A stretch of 64,000 nt of DNA, from NCBI GenBank assembly GCA_965205975.1, contig OZ242195.1:3936001-4000000 (forward strand). The letters are read 5' to 3'. Every line of letters begins with the position of its first letter. Within the stretch, counting starts at the first letter, position 1. The DNA is from Candidatus Latescibacterota bacterium. GTDB taxonomy: Bacteria > Latescibacterota > UBA2968. Of the stretch, positions 49,874-58,859 are shown piece by piece. The notes under the pieces were generated by a model. That model saw nothing but the letters and a program-made list of their open reading frames with translations, was not told the DNA's origin and ran no database searches. The translations under genes and the position numbers were made by a program.

Positions 49874-50131
49874 ATGGAAACGATCCGATTGTCCAATGAG
49901 ATTTTGGAAAAACTCGGCAAACTATGTCAGGCTGGCGGGTATGAAACCATTGCGCAAGGTTTGGAACATGCCATTGACCATCACCTTTTAGAACTACGCC
50001 GTCAAAGAGCAGAAAAAAGAGGTAAAAAAATAAGAAAAAAATTACAAGAAAAAAATTTGACAGAGGATGAAATTCTCAAAGACTTTGAAATATTTCGAGA
50101 GAATTTGAGGCAAGGGAATGCCGCGACTTGA
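49874..50131 (+). CDS. Putative antitoxin (RHH/CopG-like)
   Basis: Short ORF overlapping the downstream PIN gene. Confidence 0.6.
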   Translation: METIRLSNEILEKLGKLCQAGGYETIAQGLEHAIDHHLLELRRQRAEKRGKKIRKKLQEKNLTEDEILKDFEIFRENLRQGNAAT

Positions 50132-50504
50132 GCTTGCCGTTGATGCAAACCCATTGATTTCTGCACTCCTGGGTGGGCAAGCATTAAAATTGCTATACAG
50201 TCCATTATTTTTATTTATTACAACAGAACGCACAACCTGGGAAGTCAAAAAATATATACCAGAAATAGCAGAGCGTCTTGACATCTCAGAAATTGAAATG
50301 CTGGAGACATTTGAAGACTTTCCATTAGTTGCTTATCAATCAGGTCTGTATAGCTCTGCTATTAGTCGAGCAAAAAATAAAATTAGTCTTCGCGATCCAA
50401 AAGATGTAGATATTCTCGCTCTCGTATATCATCTCGGGACGCCATTGTGGACTCATGATCTCGATCTTATAAACATTGAAGACATTCAAACTGTTACCAC
50501 GTAA
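50118..50504 (+). CDS. PIN-domain (VapC-like) toxin, possibly shortened by a nonsense codon
   Basis: VDANPLISAL, E, RDPKDVDILAL, LWTHD.D acidic motifs; frame continues TT*DLLTIIATNE*. Confidence 0.8.
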   Translation: MPRLELAVDANPLISALLGGQALKLLYSPLFLFITTERTTWEVKKYIPEIAERLDISEIEMLETFEDFPLVAYQSGLYSSAISRAKNKISLRDPKDVDILALVYHLGTPLWTHDLDLINIEDIQTVTT

Positions 50505-50588
50505 GATTTACTAACCATCATAGCCACAAATGAATAGTCCGCATATGTCTCCGCACAAAGGAGGCGACATCACAACATGTCACCTCTT

Positions 50589-50669
50589 TTTTCTTTGCCT
50601 TGACAGCGGGAACAAACTGTATTAGGATGCATCCCGATATTTACAGGAGAGACAGAATGTCTGACCATT
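50589..50669 (+). repeat. 81-bp direct repeat, copy A (promoter, RBS and first codons of the flavoprotein gene)
   Basis: 79/81 identical to 52609-52689. Confidence 0.92.
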
Positions 50670-51029
50670 TCATTACCCATTGGACTTAATTTTTTGCAAG
50701 GGCAAATTATCTTGCTACGTAGCCCAATTCTGGGCAGAAAATGCGATTTTTTTCACTTCTCAAAAAGGGTCTGTCATGAGTAATATGCAAGAAGAAATCA
50801 ATCAGTATTACCGGAGTGCTGATATTGCGCCCTTGGGGGGATATGGACATGATAAATATAAAAAGAAGTATCAAGAGAAAGAATCGTTGGAAGAGCGAAA
50901 AGAGATAATCCGCGAGATGTACATCGCGAGGTACGACAAGTTCACTTGTAAAAACAAGAAAGGCTGTCGGTGTGCCTGCTATAACCGAGCAAAAAACAAT
51001 AACCAAGCAGAAAACTTTCTCTTTTCCTC

Positions 51030-51240
51030 TCATTGCGCCCGGCGCAACTCCTTCAGGGTCATGTAGGTAGCCTGAAGGTGTGCTTTTTCGGCCTTAATCC
51101 TCGCCTGTCTCTCAGGAGGCAGAGACGCTATTTTTTCTTTTAGAGACGTTCCCATTAGATGTTTCCTTTCAATCTCCTAAAATGGTCATCGAAACGGTCC
51201 TCGGCTTGAGCAATAAGCCGCCTGTAGAAGCGGTTTTCTC
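51030..51240 (-). pseudogene. Remnant of HigB/HigA-like (RelE/XRE) TA junction
   Basis: Toxin C-terminus ENRFYRRLIAQAEDRFDDH..* overlaps (TAATG) antitoxin N-terminus MGTSLKEKIASLPPERQARI..MTLKELRRAQ* (51155-51030). Confidence 0.7.
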
Positions 51241-51293
51241 TTTGCGCCTCCTTACGCAATGTCCTGTATCTCGTCAGGCTTATGGAAATCACG

Positions 51294-52274
51294 TCACGCA
51301 TCTAACACGCGCTGAAATGCCTCGAGATTGGGCACCTGTATCGCCGCACGGAGCACCTGCTTGAGACGGTGCAAATCGTCAATGGCCGCAATGCGAGTGG
51401 ATAGGGGGTGCGCTTCGCTCAGGTCAAATCGAATCTCCAACACATCAAGGATAGCTTCGATCGTGCTTCTTCTTTCGCCTTGCTCAATGCCTTGCTCAAT
51501 GCCTTGCTCAATGCCTTGCTCAATGCCTTGCTCAATGCCTTGCTCAATGCCCTGCTCAAAACCTTCCTCTCTGGCTTCCTCTCTGCTTTGTTGGGTAAGG
51601 GATTGAAAAAGTGATGATTCGCGCAAGATGTCCATGATGCCCTCCTTGAAAATAATACCAGAAATCGTTTCAGAATCATATACCAACTCGCTCAACGCCA
51701 CCATGCCTGCCAGATAATCCGCCCTATATGACCGATCTATAGAGCGCGTCCGAGCCGTGTGAATACACTGATGCAACCACGCATCCGAGGCCATCCCTTC
51801 TGGCGGCTTCATCAATGGCGTGAAAGGGATCAGACCCGATTGCCCCGATTCAAGGACGCGCTCGCCTTCTATCTCAATCAGCCTGATCACGCGATACCGA
51901 ATCGTGATTTCGTAGTCGAGATGCGCCTGGACATAGTACCCGGTATCGTGTTGCCCTGCATTGGGACGCAAGTAGATCACATTGGAATAAATCGGCAGGC
52001 CGTATTGCCGAATCGCATGTCCAATATAGCCCGCCATGCGACGCTCCATAGGCGGATTGGTGCTGTCAGTCGTTTGAAACTCGTTGTGGACCAATACCTC
52101 CTCGTCACCCATACGCACGCGAATCAGGCTATCGGTTTGGCGTGCTTCAACAGTGTATTGCTCTGTGTCAATAACTGCAAGAACTTCAACGTCCTCGCGT
52201 CCGAGGGTAAAGCCAGCAAAGTCATTGGGGTATTTCTGAATCAGATGTTTGGAAATCGTATCAAATTCAGCCAT
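51294..52274 (-). CDS. Rpn-family PD-(D/E)xK protein with GIEQ repeats
   Basis: FD.ISK.LI..YP, RQTDSLI..LVHNEFQT..M.RRMAGY, C-terminal LEIRF..I..I.D...L; GAGG RBS before ATG 52274. Confidence 0.85.
   Translation of the reverse strand: MAEFDTISKHLIQKYPNDFAGFTLGREDVEVLAVIDTEQYTVEARQTDSLIRVRMGDEEVLVHNEFQTTDSTNPPMERRMAGYIGHAIRQYGLPIYSNVIYLRPNAGQHDTGYYVQAHLDYEITIRYRVIRLIEIEGERVLESGQSGLIPFTPLMKPPEGMASDAWLHQCIHTARTRSIDRSYRADYLAGMVALSELVYDSETISGIIFKEGIMDILRESSLFQSLTQQSREEAREEGFEQGIEQGIEQGIEQGIEQGIEQGIEQGERRSTIEAILDVLEIRFDLSEAHPLSTRIAAIDDLHRLKQVLRAAIQVPNLEAFQRVLDA
51477..51560. repeat. 12-bp coding tandem repeat
   Basis: GCCTTGCTCAAT x6 plus one variant, encoding GIEQ on the minus strand. Confidence 0.95.
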
Positions 52275-52464
52275 GTGAAATGCCTCGCGTCTGGTGGAGT
52301 GAGTGCGTGGGACACGCGCAACACTCAGACACAAAGCAAATATCAGGCCAAAAATTCAATTATCACAGAATTGAGCGATGTTGCATTGGCATGGCAAGAC
52401 GCCTGAACACTGCATTGTGCTTTAAATATGCTGTATTGCACACTTGTTCACAACCTGAATTTAA

Positions 52465-52520
52465 TCCGCAGAAAAAAACGCGAATAATTTGAGCGTTTTT
52501 CGCAGATGGGCACAGATGAA
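52465..52520. repeat. Dispersed repeat, inverted copy of 11059-11103
   Basis: 45 bp identical, followed by GCACAGATGAA. Confidence 0.85.
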
Positions 52521-52608
52521 AGGCGAGAGGGTACATTTTGAGCGATGAATGAGAGATCAGTTGAAAGATATGTACCGCTCTGAGGAGGTGTGATTATCTC
52601 ACCTCCTC

Positions 52609-52689
52609 TTTTCTTTGCCTTGACAGCGGGAATAAACTGTATTAGGATGCATCCCGATATTCACAGGAGAGACAGAATGTCTGACCATT
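52609..52689 (+). promoter_or_regulatory. Sigma70 promoter and RBS of the flavoprotein gene (direct repeat copy B)
   Basis: TTGACA-17 nt-TAGGAT, AGGAGA, ATG at 52677. Confidence 0.8.
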
Positions 52690-54023
52690 ACGACGTCATT
52701 GTAGCGGGCGCGGGCATAGGCGGATTGTGTGCGGCGCTGCGCGCTCGGGAAAAAGGCGCATCCGTTGCCATCGTCGAAAAAGCCGAAACAATTGGCGGAT
52801 CTGCCGCTGCATCGGGCGGCACAATCTGGTGTGCAAAAAACATCGACGAATGGCTCAAAGTGCAGCCCAATGGCGACACAGCACTCGGCACCGCGCTCAT
52901 CGACCGCTTCTACACAGGCATCGAATGGCTCCGCAAACAGGGCGTATCCCTACAAGCGCGTGAAGACAAACCGTACAAATTTCAACGCACCATCTACCAG
53001 TTCACACCCGACGCCCGCACCGCAATGGAAATCCTCGGTTATCAGTTCCAACACAGGGGCGGCACCATCCGCACACACACCGGCCTGACCGGCCTCATCG
53101 GCGGCAACGGCAAACCCATCACCGGCGTCAAAACCACACACTCAAAAATAACAGCCCAATCCGTCATCCTATCAACCGGCGGATATCAGGCCAACCCCAA
53201 ATTGCGCGCGCAGTATTTCGGCGCAGAATCCGATCACATGATCGTCCGCGGCGTACCTCAAAACACCGGCGGAGGCTTTCAAAGCGCACGCGAAGCAGGC
53301 GCCCAACCCACAGAACCCCTCAACCGCTTCTACGGCCACCTCCTCCCCGCACCCCCCGCACGAGTCGGCCTCCACAACTTCCTCAAAGTCAAACCCGACT
53401 TCAGCGAATACGCCATCTTAATCAACCTCAAAGGCGAGCGATTCGACGACGAATATCTCGGCGACGAAGTCACCTGCCACACCCTCGTCCAACAACCCCG
53501 GGCGACAGCCATCCTCATCTTTGACCAGCACATCCGCGACAACCAGAACGCACTCTCGCAATGGCCCACCCCGGACAACGACCGCGTCAAAAACATCCGC
53601 GAAGCAGGCGGCGAAGTCATCGAAACATCCTCCTTGCCCGAACTCACCCGCGCACTGACCAACCGCTGGCACATCCCCGCCCACACATTCGAAAAAACAA
53701 TGGCCGAATACGCCACTGCATGCGCCACCGGCAATGGCCAAACCCTCTCAATACCAAAAACCGGCGGCCTCATCCCCCTCAACACACCGCCCTATTACGC
53801 CATCCGCACCCTGCCCGGCATCACCTTTACCTACGGCGGTGCCAAAGTCAATGCCCAGGCGCAAGTCATAGACAAAAACGACCGCCCCATCCCGGGCCTC
53901 TACGCAGCCGGCGCCGACTGTGGCGGCATCTACACCCGGGGCTACACAGGCGGCCTGTGCATGGGCCTCGCCTATGGCCTCATCGCGGGCGAAGCCGCGG
54001 CCAAATACACGACACAGAAATAG
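52677..54023 (+). CDS. FAD-dependent oxidoreductase (FAD_binding_2; fumarate reductase/TcuA-like)
   Basis: DVIVAGAGIGG, GGSAAASGG, LSTGGY, GERF.DE, TFTYGG, IPGLYAAG. Confidence 0.88.
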   Translation: MSDHYDVIVAGAGIGGLCAALRAREKGASVAIVEKAETIGGSAAASGGTIWCAKNIDEWLKVQPNGDTALGTALIDRFYTGIEWLRKQGVSLQAREDKPYKFQRTIYQFTPDARTAMEILGYQFQHRGGTIRTHTGLTGLIGGNGKPITGVKTTHSKITAQSVILSTGGYQANPKLRAQYFGAESDHMIVRGVPQNTGGGFQSAREAGAQPTEPLNRFYGHLLPAPPARVGLHNFLKVKPDFSEYAILINLKGERFDDEYLGDEVTCHTLVQQPRATAILIFDQHIRDNQNALSQWPTPDNDRVKNIREAGGEVIETSSLPELTRALTNRWHIPAHTFEKTMAEYATACATGNGQTLSIPKTGGLIPLNTPPYYAIRTLPGITFTYGGAKVNAQAQVIDKNDRPIPGLYAAGADCGGIYTRGYTGGLCMGLAYGLIAGEAAAKYTTQK

Positions 54024-54056
54024 GCATTCAACATCCACACCAAAAATGGAGACCCC

Positions 54057-55601
54057 ATGCAACCCAACATCCTCTTTGCTTTTGCCGACGACTGGGGGCG
54101 TTATGCCAGCGCATATCAGCGCATTGAAGGCCCCAACTCACTCAACCAACTCATCGACACCCCCAACTTTGACCGCATAGCCCGCGAAGGCGCGTTATTC
54201 ACCAACGCCTTTGTACCCGCGCCGAGTTGCACCCCCTGCCGAAGCGCCATCCTCTCTGGACAATACTTCTGGCAAACCGGCCTCGGCGCGATCTTATCAG
54301 GTGCGATATGGGACGAAAGCATCCCCACCTACCCCCTCGAACTCGAAAAAGCCGGATACCACATCGGCTACACCTACAAAGTCTGGTCCCCTGGAAAAGC
54401 CGCCAACGCCCCTTATGGCGCCGACCGAACCCGCTATGAAACTGCCGGCACCAACTACCGGAGATTCTCCCACTGGGTCACCCAACACGCCGATGAATTA
54501 GGCGTTGAAGGTGCCAAACAAGCACTCCTGAACGAAACCCGCGACAACTTCAACACATTCCTCAACGCCCGTCCAGAGAACACACCCTTCTGCTACTGGT
54601 GGGGACCCACCAACACCCACCGCTCCTGGGAACGCGGCTCCGGCAAAGCCCTATGGGGTTTAGAACCCGACGACCTCAAAGGCCGCTTACCCGGCTTCCT
54701 GCCCGATGTACACGACATCCGCGAAGACGTAGCCGACTACCTGGGCGAATGTCAGGCCGTTGACGCTGGCCTGGGCGTCTTGATCCAGTGCCTCGAAGAA
54801 ATCGGCGAACTCGACAACACCCTCATCGTCGTCAGCGGCGACCACGGCATACCGGGCTTTCCCCGCGGCAAATGCAACCTCTACGACATCGGCTGCGAAG
54901 TCACCCTCGCCGCGCGCTGGCCCAACAACATCCCCGCGGGACGCACCGTTGAAGACTTTGTCAACCTCATGGACCTCGCCCCCACATTTCTCGAAGCCGC
55001 AGGCGCAGACATCCCCGATACCATGACCGGCAAAAGCCTGCTCCCCGTCCTCAAAAGCGACCAGAGCGGCCTCATCGATCCCGACCGCACCTTTGTCATC
55101 ACCGGACGAGAACGGCACGTTGGCACCGCAAGAGAAGGCCAGCTACCCTATCCGCAACGCGCCATCCGCACGGCCGACTTTCTCTACATCCACAACTTTG
55201 CACCCGACCGCTGGCCCATGGGCGATCCCCAGGGACTCGACGACCTCCATGCAGAAGCCCCTTCTGCCGAAGACCTGACAGGGAAAACCTTCATCGCCTA
55301 TCCCGACATGGATGCCAGCCCCACAAAATCCTATATGATCCTCCACCGCGCAGAAGAAGACGTACAGGAACTATTCGAAATCGGCTTTGGCAAACGTCCC
55401 CAGGAAGAACTCTACGACCTGCGCGTGGACCCACACTACATGAACAATATCGCCGACGACCCCGAATACGACCCCATCCGCAAAGAACTCTCCACCGCAC
55501 TCATGCAAGTCCTCCGCGAACAAAATGACCCGCGCCTCGTGGAATCACCCTGTCGATTCGAACACGCGCCCTATGCCGGACCAGTTGACGAAAATTGGTA
55601 A
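54057..55601 (+). CDS. Formylglycine-dependent sulfatase
   Basis: PNILFAFADD, CTPCR (CxPxR) SAILSG, GDHG, ELYDL..DP. Confidence 0.92.
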   Translation: MQPNILFAFADDWGRYASAYQRIEGPNSLNQLIDTPNFDRIAREGALFTNAFVPAPSCTPCRSAILSGQYFWQTGLGAILSGAIWDESIPTYPLELEKAGYHIGYTYKVWSPGKAANAPYGADRTRYETAGTNYRRFSHWVTQHADELGVEGAKQALLNETRDNFNTFLNARPENTPFCYWWGPTNTHRSWERGSGKALWGLEPDDLKGRLPGFLPDVHDIREDVADYLGECQAVDAGLGVLIQCLEEIGELDNTLIVVSGDHGIPGFPRGKCNLYDIGCEVTLAARWPNNIPAGRTVEDFVNLMDLAPTFLEAAGADIPDTMTGKSLLPVLKSDQSGLIDPDRTFVITGRERHVGTAREGQLPYPQRAIRTADFLYIHNFAPDRWPMGDPQGLDDLHAEAPSAEDLTGKTFIAYPDMDASPTKSYMILHRAEEDVQELFEIGFGKRPQEELYDLRVDPHYMNNIADDPEYDPIRKELSTALMQVLREQNDPRLVESPCRFEHAPYAGPVDENW

Positions 55602-55633
55602 AAAAAACGGCTCCTTGTAAGGAGCCGTTTTTT
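55602..55633. terminator. Bidirectional intrinsic terminator
   Basis: AAAAAACGGCTCCTT-GT-AAGGAGCCGTTTTTT between convergent genes. Confidence 0.85.
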
Positions 55634-55913
55634 AATATACCTCATCGTGAGTGCCAAGAGTCTGGAGTAAAATAGCCTCTTGACCTTCGTAATCTACAAA
55701 TTGAAAAACAATTCTCAAATCATATCCAACACTGCAAGCCCAAGATCTCCTGAGTTTACCTTTTAATTTATGAGTTCTCAAATTTACATGAAAAGCATCA
55801 TCAGCAAGGAGTATTAATGTCTCTTGAATAGCACGCTCCATGAAAGGGCGCTGTCTGACATATTTTCTGAAAGCCCGGACAAAAGAACTGGATCTCAACA
55901 ACCGCCGTTTCAC
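55632..55913 (-). CDS. RelE/YafQ-family toxin
   Basis: F.RAF.K, LRTHKLKG.L..SWACSV.YDLRIVF, LGTHDEVY. Confidence 0.88.
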   Translation of the reverse strand: MKRRLLRSSSFVRAFRKYVRQRPFMERAIQETLILLADDAFHVNLRTHKLKGKLRRSWACSVGYDLRIVFQFVDYEGQEAILLQTLGTHDEVY

Positions 55914-56125
55914 GCTGTAATCTCTTTCATGAGATCATCTGGCGTTATTGGCAGAGCCTTTCCTTCTTGAAATTCTCGATTTGCCTCCTCAATATCCCGG
56001 GCGAGCTCATCTCGGCGTGCTTCAATAATTCGTCGGTTCAGCACTTCAATCAATGCTTCTTTTTCGCCAAGGGACAATTGATCGGCCGCTTCAAGCACTT
56101 CTCCAAAAAGCATGACATGAGCCAT
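55910..56125 (-). CDS. Cognate antitoxin
   Basis: GGAGG RBS; 71 aa acidic; GTGA overlap with the toxin. Confidence 0.8.
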   Translation of the reverse strand: MAHVMLFGEVLEAADQLSLGEKEALIEVLNRRIIEARRDELARDIEEANREFQEGKALPITPDDLMKEITA

Positions 56126-56202
56126 GATTTAACACCTCCAACCGAATAGTAATATAGCGGACGAGGTGCGCACTTATGTTAAGTACGCACCTTATCGATG
56201 CC

Positions 56203-57612
56203 TTAATGAAACACCACCATCTTCGTCTCCGTCATCTCCTCCACGGCGTACTTCGGTCCCTCCTTGCCCATCCCGCTATCCTTCAGCCCGCCGTAGGGCA
56301 TCAAATCCGCGCGCCACTGCGTACCCCAATTGACGTGAATATTGCCCGAATGGACCTCCCGCGCAAACCGCATCGCCCAGTGGATATTCTCCGTAAACAA
56401 CGCCGCACTCAAACCGTAATTCGTATCATTGGCCATCTCAATAGCCGCGTCAATATCGTCAAACCGCGTAATACCCACCGCGGGACCAAACAACTCATCG
56501 CACGAAATTTTCATACTCGGATCCACATCCGCGAGAATCGTCGGTTGATAAATCGCACCATCGCGCTCTCCGCCCGTCACCAGACGCGCTCCAGCCCCCA
56601 CCGCATCCTGAATCCACGTCTGCACGCGCTCGGCATCGCGCTCTCTCACCATCGGCCCCATCATCACGCCATCAGCAATGGGATCGCCCGTCGTCAGTGC
56701 CTCGACCTTTGGCGTCAACGCATCGATAAAATCGCCGTAAACCGCATCATTGACAATCACCCGCTGCGCTGAAATACACACCTGCCCGGCATTGGCAAAA
56801 CCCGTCGTCGCCGTCGCAGCAGCCACCTGATCCAGATCCGCATCCGGCATCACAATCAAAGGCGCATTAGAACCCAACTCCATCGTCACCTTCTTCAACC
56901 CGGCCATATTGCAAATCTCCTCACCCACATCGCGGCTACCCGTAAAACTAATCTTGCGCACGCGGCTATCCGAACAAAGCGCACTGCCCAATTCATTCCC
57001 CGGACCCGTAATACACTGCACTGCCTCGGCAGGCACACCGGCCTCCACCAAAATCTCCACCAACTTCAGCGCCGAAAGCGGCGTATCCGTAGCCGGCTTC
57101 ACAATCACTGCATTGCCCGCAGCCAGCGCGGGACCCACTTTGTGACACACCAGATTCAGGGGAAAATTAAACGGCGTAATCGCCAGCACCACCCCACACG
57201 GCACGCGCAGCGTAAAACCAAACTGATCGCGCACCCCCGAACCGCCATCCAGCGGAATGGTCTCGCCGTACAAACGCTTGGCCTCCTCTGCAGACAGCGT
57301 CATCGTCTCAATCGCCCGCCCGGCCTCGCCAATACCCTCTGCCAGAACCTTGCCCTCTTCCAGCGTAATCGTACGTCCCAAATCCTCGACCCGTTCATGC
57401 ATCAAATTCACGGCCCGGTGCAAAATTTCATACCGCTCATAAGCCGTCAAAGCCGCCATCGCTCTGGCACCGCGCACGGCCGTCGCAACCGCCACCTCCG
57501 CATCTGCGGCATCGCCTTTTGGCACCGTATCCACCACCGAATTGTCAAATGGATTGATCACATCGATCTTCTCAGCCTTATCCACCCATTGACCACCAAT
57601 ATGCATCTTCAC
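56203..57612 (-). CDS. Aldehyde dehydrogenase
   Basis: ITPFNFP, VKPA, SFTGS, MELGSNAP, AGQVCIS, ELFGP, PYGG.K.SG.GKEG. Confidence 0.95.
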   Translation of the reverse strand: MKMHIGGQWVDKAEKIDVINPFDNSVVDTVPKGDAADAEVAVATAVRGARAMAALTAYERYEILHRAVNLMHERVEDLGRTITLEEGKVLAEGIGEAGRAIETMTLSAEEAKRLYGETIPLDGGSGVRDQFGFTLRVPCGVVLAITPFNFPLNLVCHKVGPALAAGNAVIVKPATDTPLSALKLVEILVEAGVPAEAVQCITGPGNELGSALCSDSRVRKISFTGSRDVGEEICNMAGLKKVTMELGSNAPLIVMPDADLDQVAAATATTGFANAGQVCISAQRVIVNDAVYGDFIDALTPKVEALTTGDPIADGVMMGPMVRERDAERVQTWIQDAVGAGARLVTGGERDGAIYQPTILADVDPSMKISCDELFGPAVGITRFDDIDAAIEMANDTNYGLSAALFTENIHWAMRFAREVHSGNIHVNWGTQWRADLMPYGGLKDSGMGKEGPKYAVEEMTETKMVVFH

Positions 57613-57724
57613 GACAAACCTCCTTAAATCAGTTAAAAATTACCATTCTCGAACTTCTATTTCATCTCAGAACACTCATCATGCACAGCGACACCCTGCA
57701 AGTCAACAAAATTCATCCCAACCC

Positions 57725-58783
57725 TCACCGCAACCACTCATCTATATGTTCCGCCACAAATGCGTCATCATTCAAATGCGGATAAGCAACATACACGCGA
57801 TCAATCTCATCCGCTTGTCCCGGCGACAGACCCTCCTCGGGATTCAGACACCAGACCCCCTCCAAAAGCCCCTGCCTTCGCAACACCTCGTGAACCCCGG
57901 CAATACACCCGTGAAAATCATTGGGCACATCAAAAAACGCCGCATTGCAATCCGTCACCTCAATCGCCCGCGTCAGCATCTCCCCTGGCACCGTATCCAA
58001 CTGCGCGATCTCGTGACACTTTCTCAATATTTCCACCGCTCTCTTTGTCCACACCGCCCAGTGCCCCAAAAGCCCACCCACAACGCGCACATCCACACAC
58101 GCGCCATCGCACACAAATCGATGTGACGTCAGCAAATCCATCACAATATTATCGTCATTCCCCGTATAGAGCGCAATATCCTCCACCCGCCCCGCAGCCA
58201 CAACCCCTCGAATCACATCCAGCGTCTGGTACCGATTAAAAGGCGCGATCTTAATCCCCACCACAGACTCAATCTCTGCAAAACGCCGCCAAAAATCAAA
58301 CGGCAATACACATCCCCCCACAGCTGGCTGCAAATAAAACCCCATTACCGGAATCACATCGGCTACGGCGCGGCAGTGTGCAACCATCGCATCGACACTC
58401 GCATTGGCAAAAGCGCGCAAACTTACCAACCCGATCTCATAGCCGCAATCGCGCGCTATTTCTGCCTCTGACACGCCTTGTCGCGTATTGCCCACAATAC
58501 CAGCCACGCGGATAAAATCAGCCGGCGCATCGGCATCCATCACACCGGCAGTTAGTTCCAAAACGGGCCGATACAAATCCCATTTGGGATCGCGGATTTC
58601 AAATTGTGTCGTATGCACTCCCACGGCCAATCCCCCCGCACCAGCGGCAATATAATAGCGCGACAACGCCTGCTGCCGCCGCGCGTCCAACTTCCGCTCG
58701 GCAGTCAGAGCCAATGGATGTGCGGGAATCACCTGCCCTTTCTTCAATGCAATCTCGACATCTTTTGAAAGCGTGTTCGACAT
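57725..58783 (-). CDS. Dihydrodipicolinate synthase-family aldolase-like protein
   Basis: IPAHPLAL, GVHTTQF, GFYLQPAVGG, GIKIAPFNRY, LYTGNDD; start set at ATG 58783. Confidence 0.85.
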   Translation of the reverse strand: MSNTLSKDVEIALKKGQVIPAHPLALTAERKLDARRQQALSRYYIAAGAGGLAVGVHTTQFEIRDPKWDLYRPVLELTAGVMDADAPADFIRVAGIVGNTRQGVSEAEIARDCGYEIGLVSLRAFANASVDAMVAHCRAVADVIPVMGFYLQPAVGGCVLPFDFWRRFAEIESVVGIKIAPFNRYQTLDVIRGVVAAGRVEDIALYTGNDDNIVMDLLTSHRFVCDGACVDVRVVGGLLGHWAVWTKRAVEILRKCHEIAQLDTVPGEMLTRAIEVTDCNAAFFDVPNDFHGCIAGVHEVLRRQGLLEGVWCLNPEEGLSPGQADEIDRVYVAYPHLNDDAFVAEHIDEWLR

Positions 58784-58859
58784 CTGATATGCTCCGTACC
58801 ATGCCGCAATGACGCATGCCTCGCCCCTACGGTTGTTCACCCTTCTCACTTCACCCTTC

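Noticed and set aside
50680..51066. 128-aa + strand ORF as a confident gene
   Set aside because: No recognisable family, weak start, overlaps the antitoxin remnant; left as a possible hypothetical from ATG 50776
51419..51679. ORFs with ALSK / CSMP / LLNA repeats
   Set aside because: Alternate-frame readings of the 12-bp GIEQ repeat in the Rpn gene
39458..52600. Prophage or ICE
   Set aside because: No structural, replication, relaxase or conjugation genes
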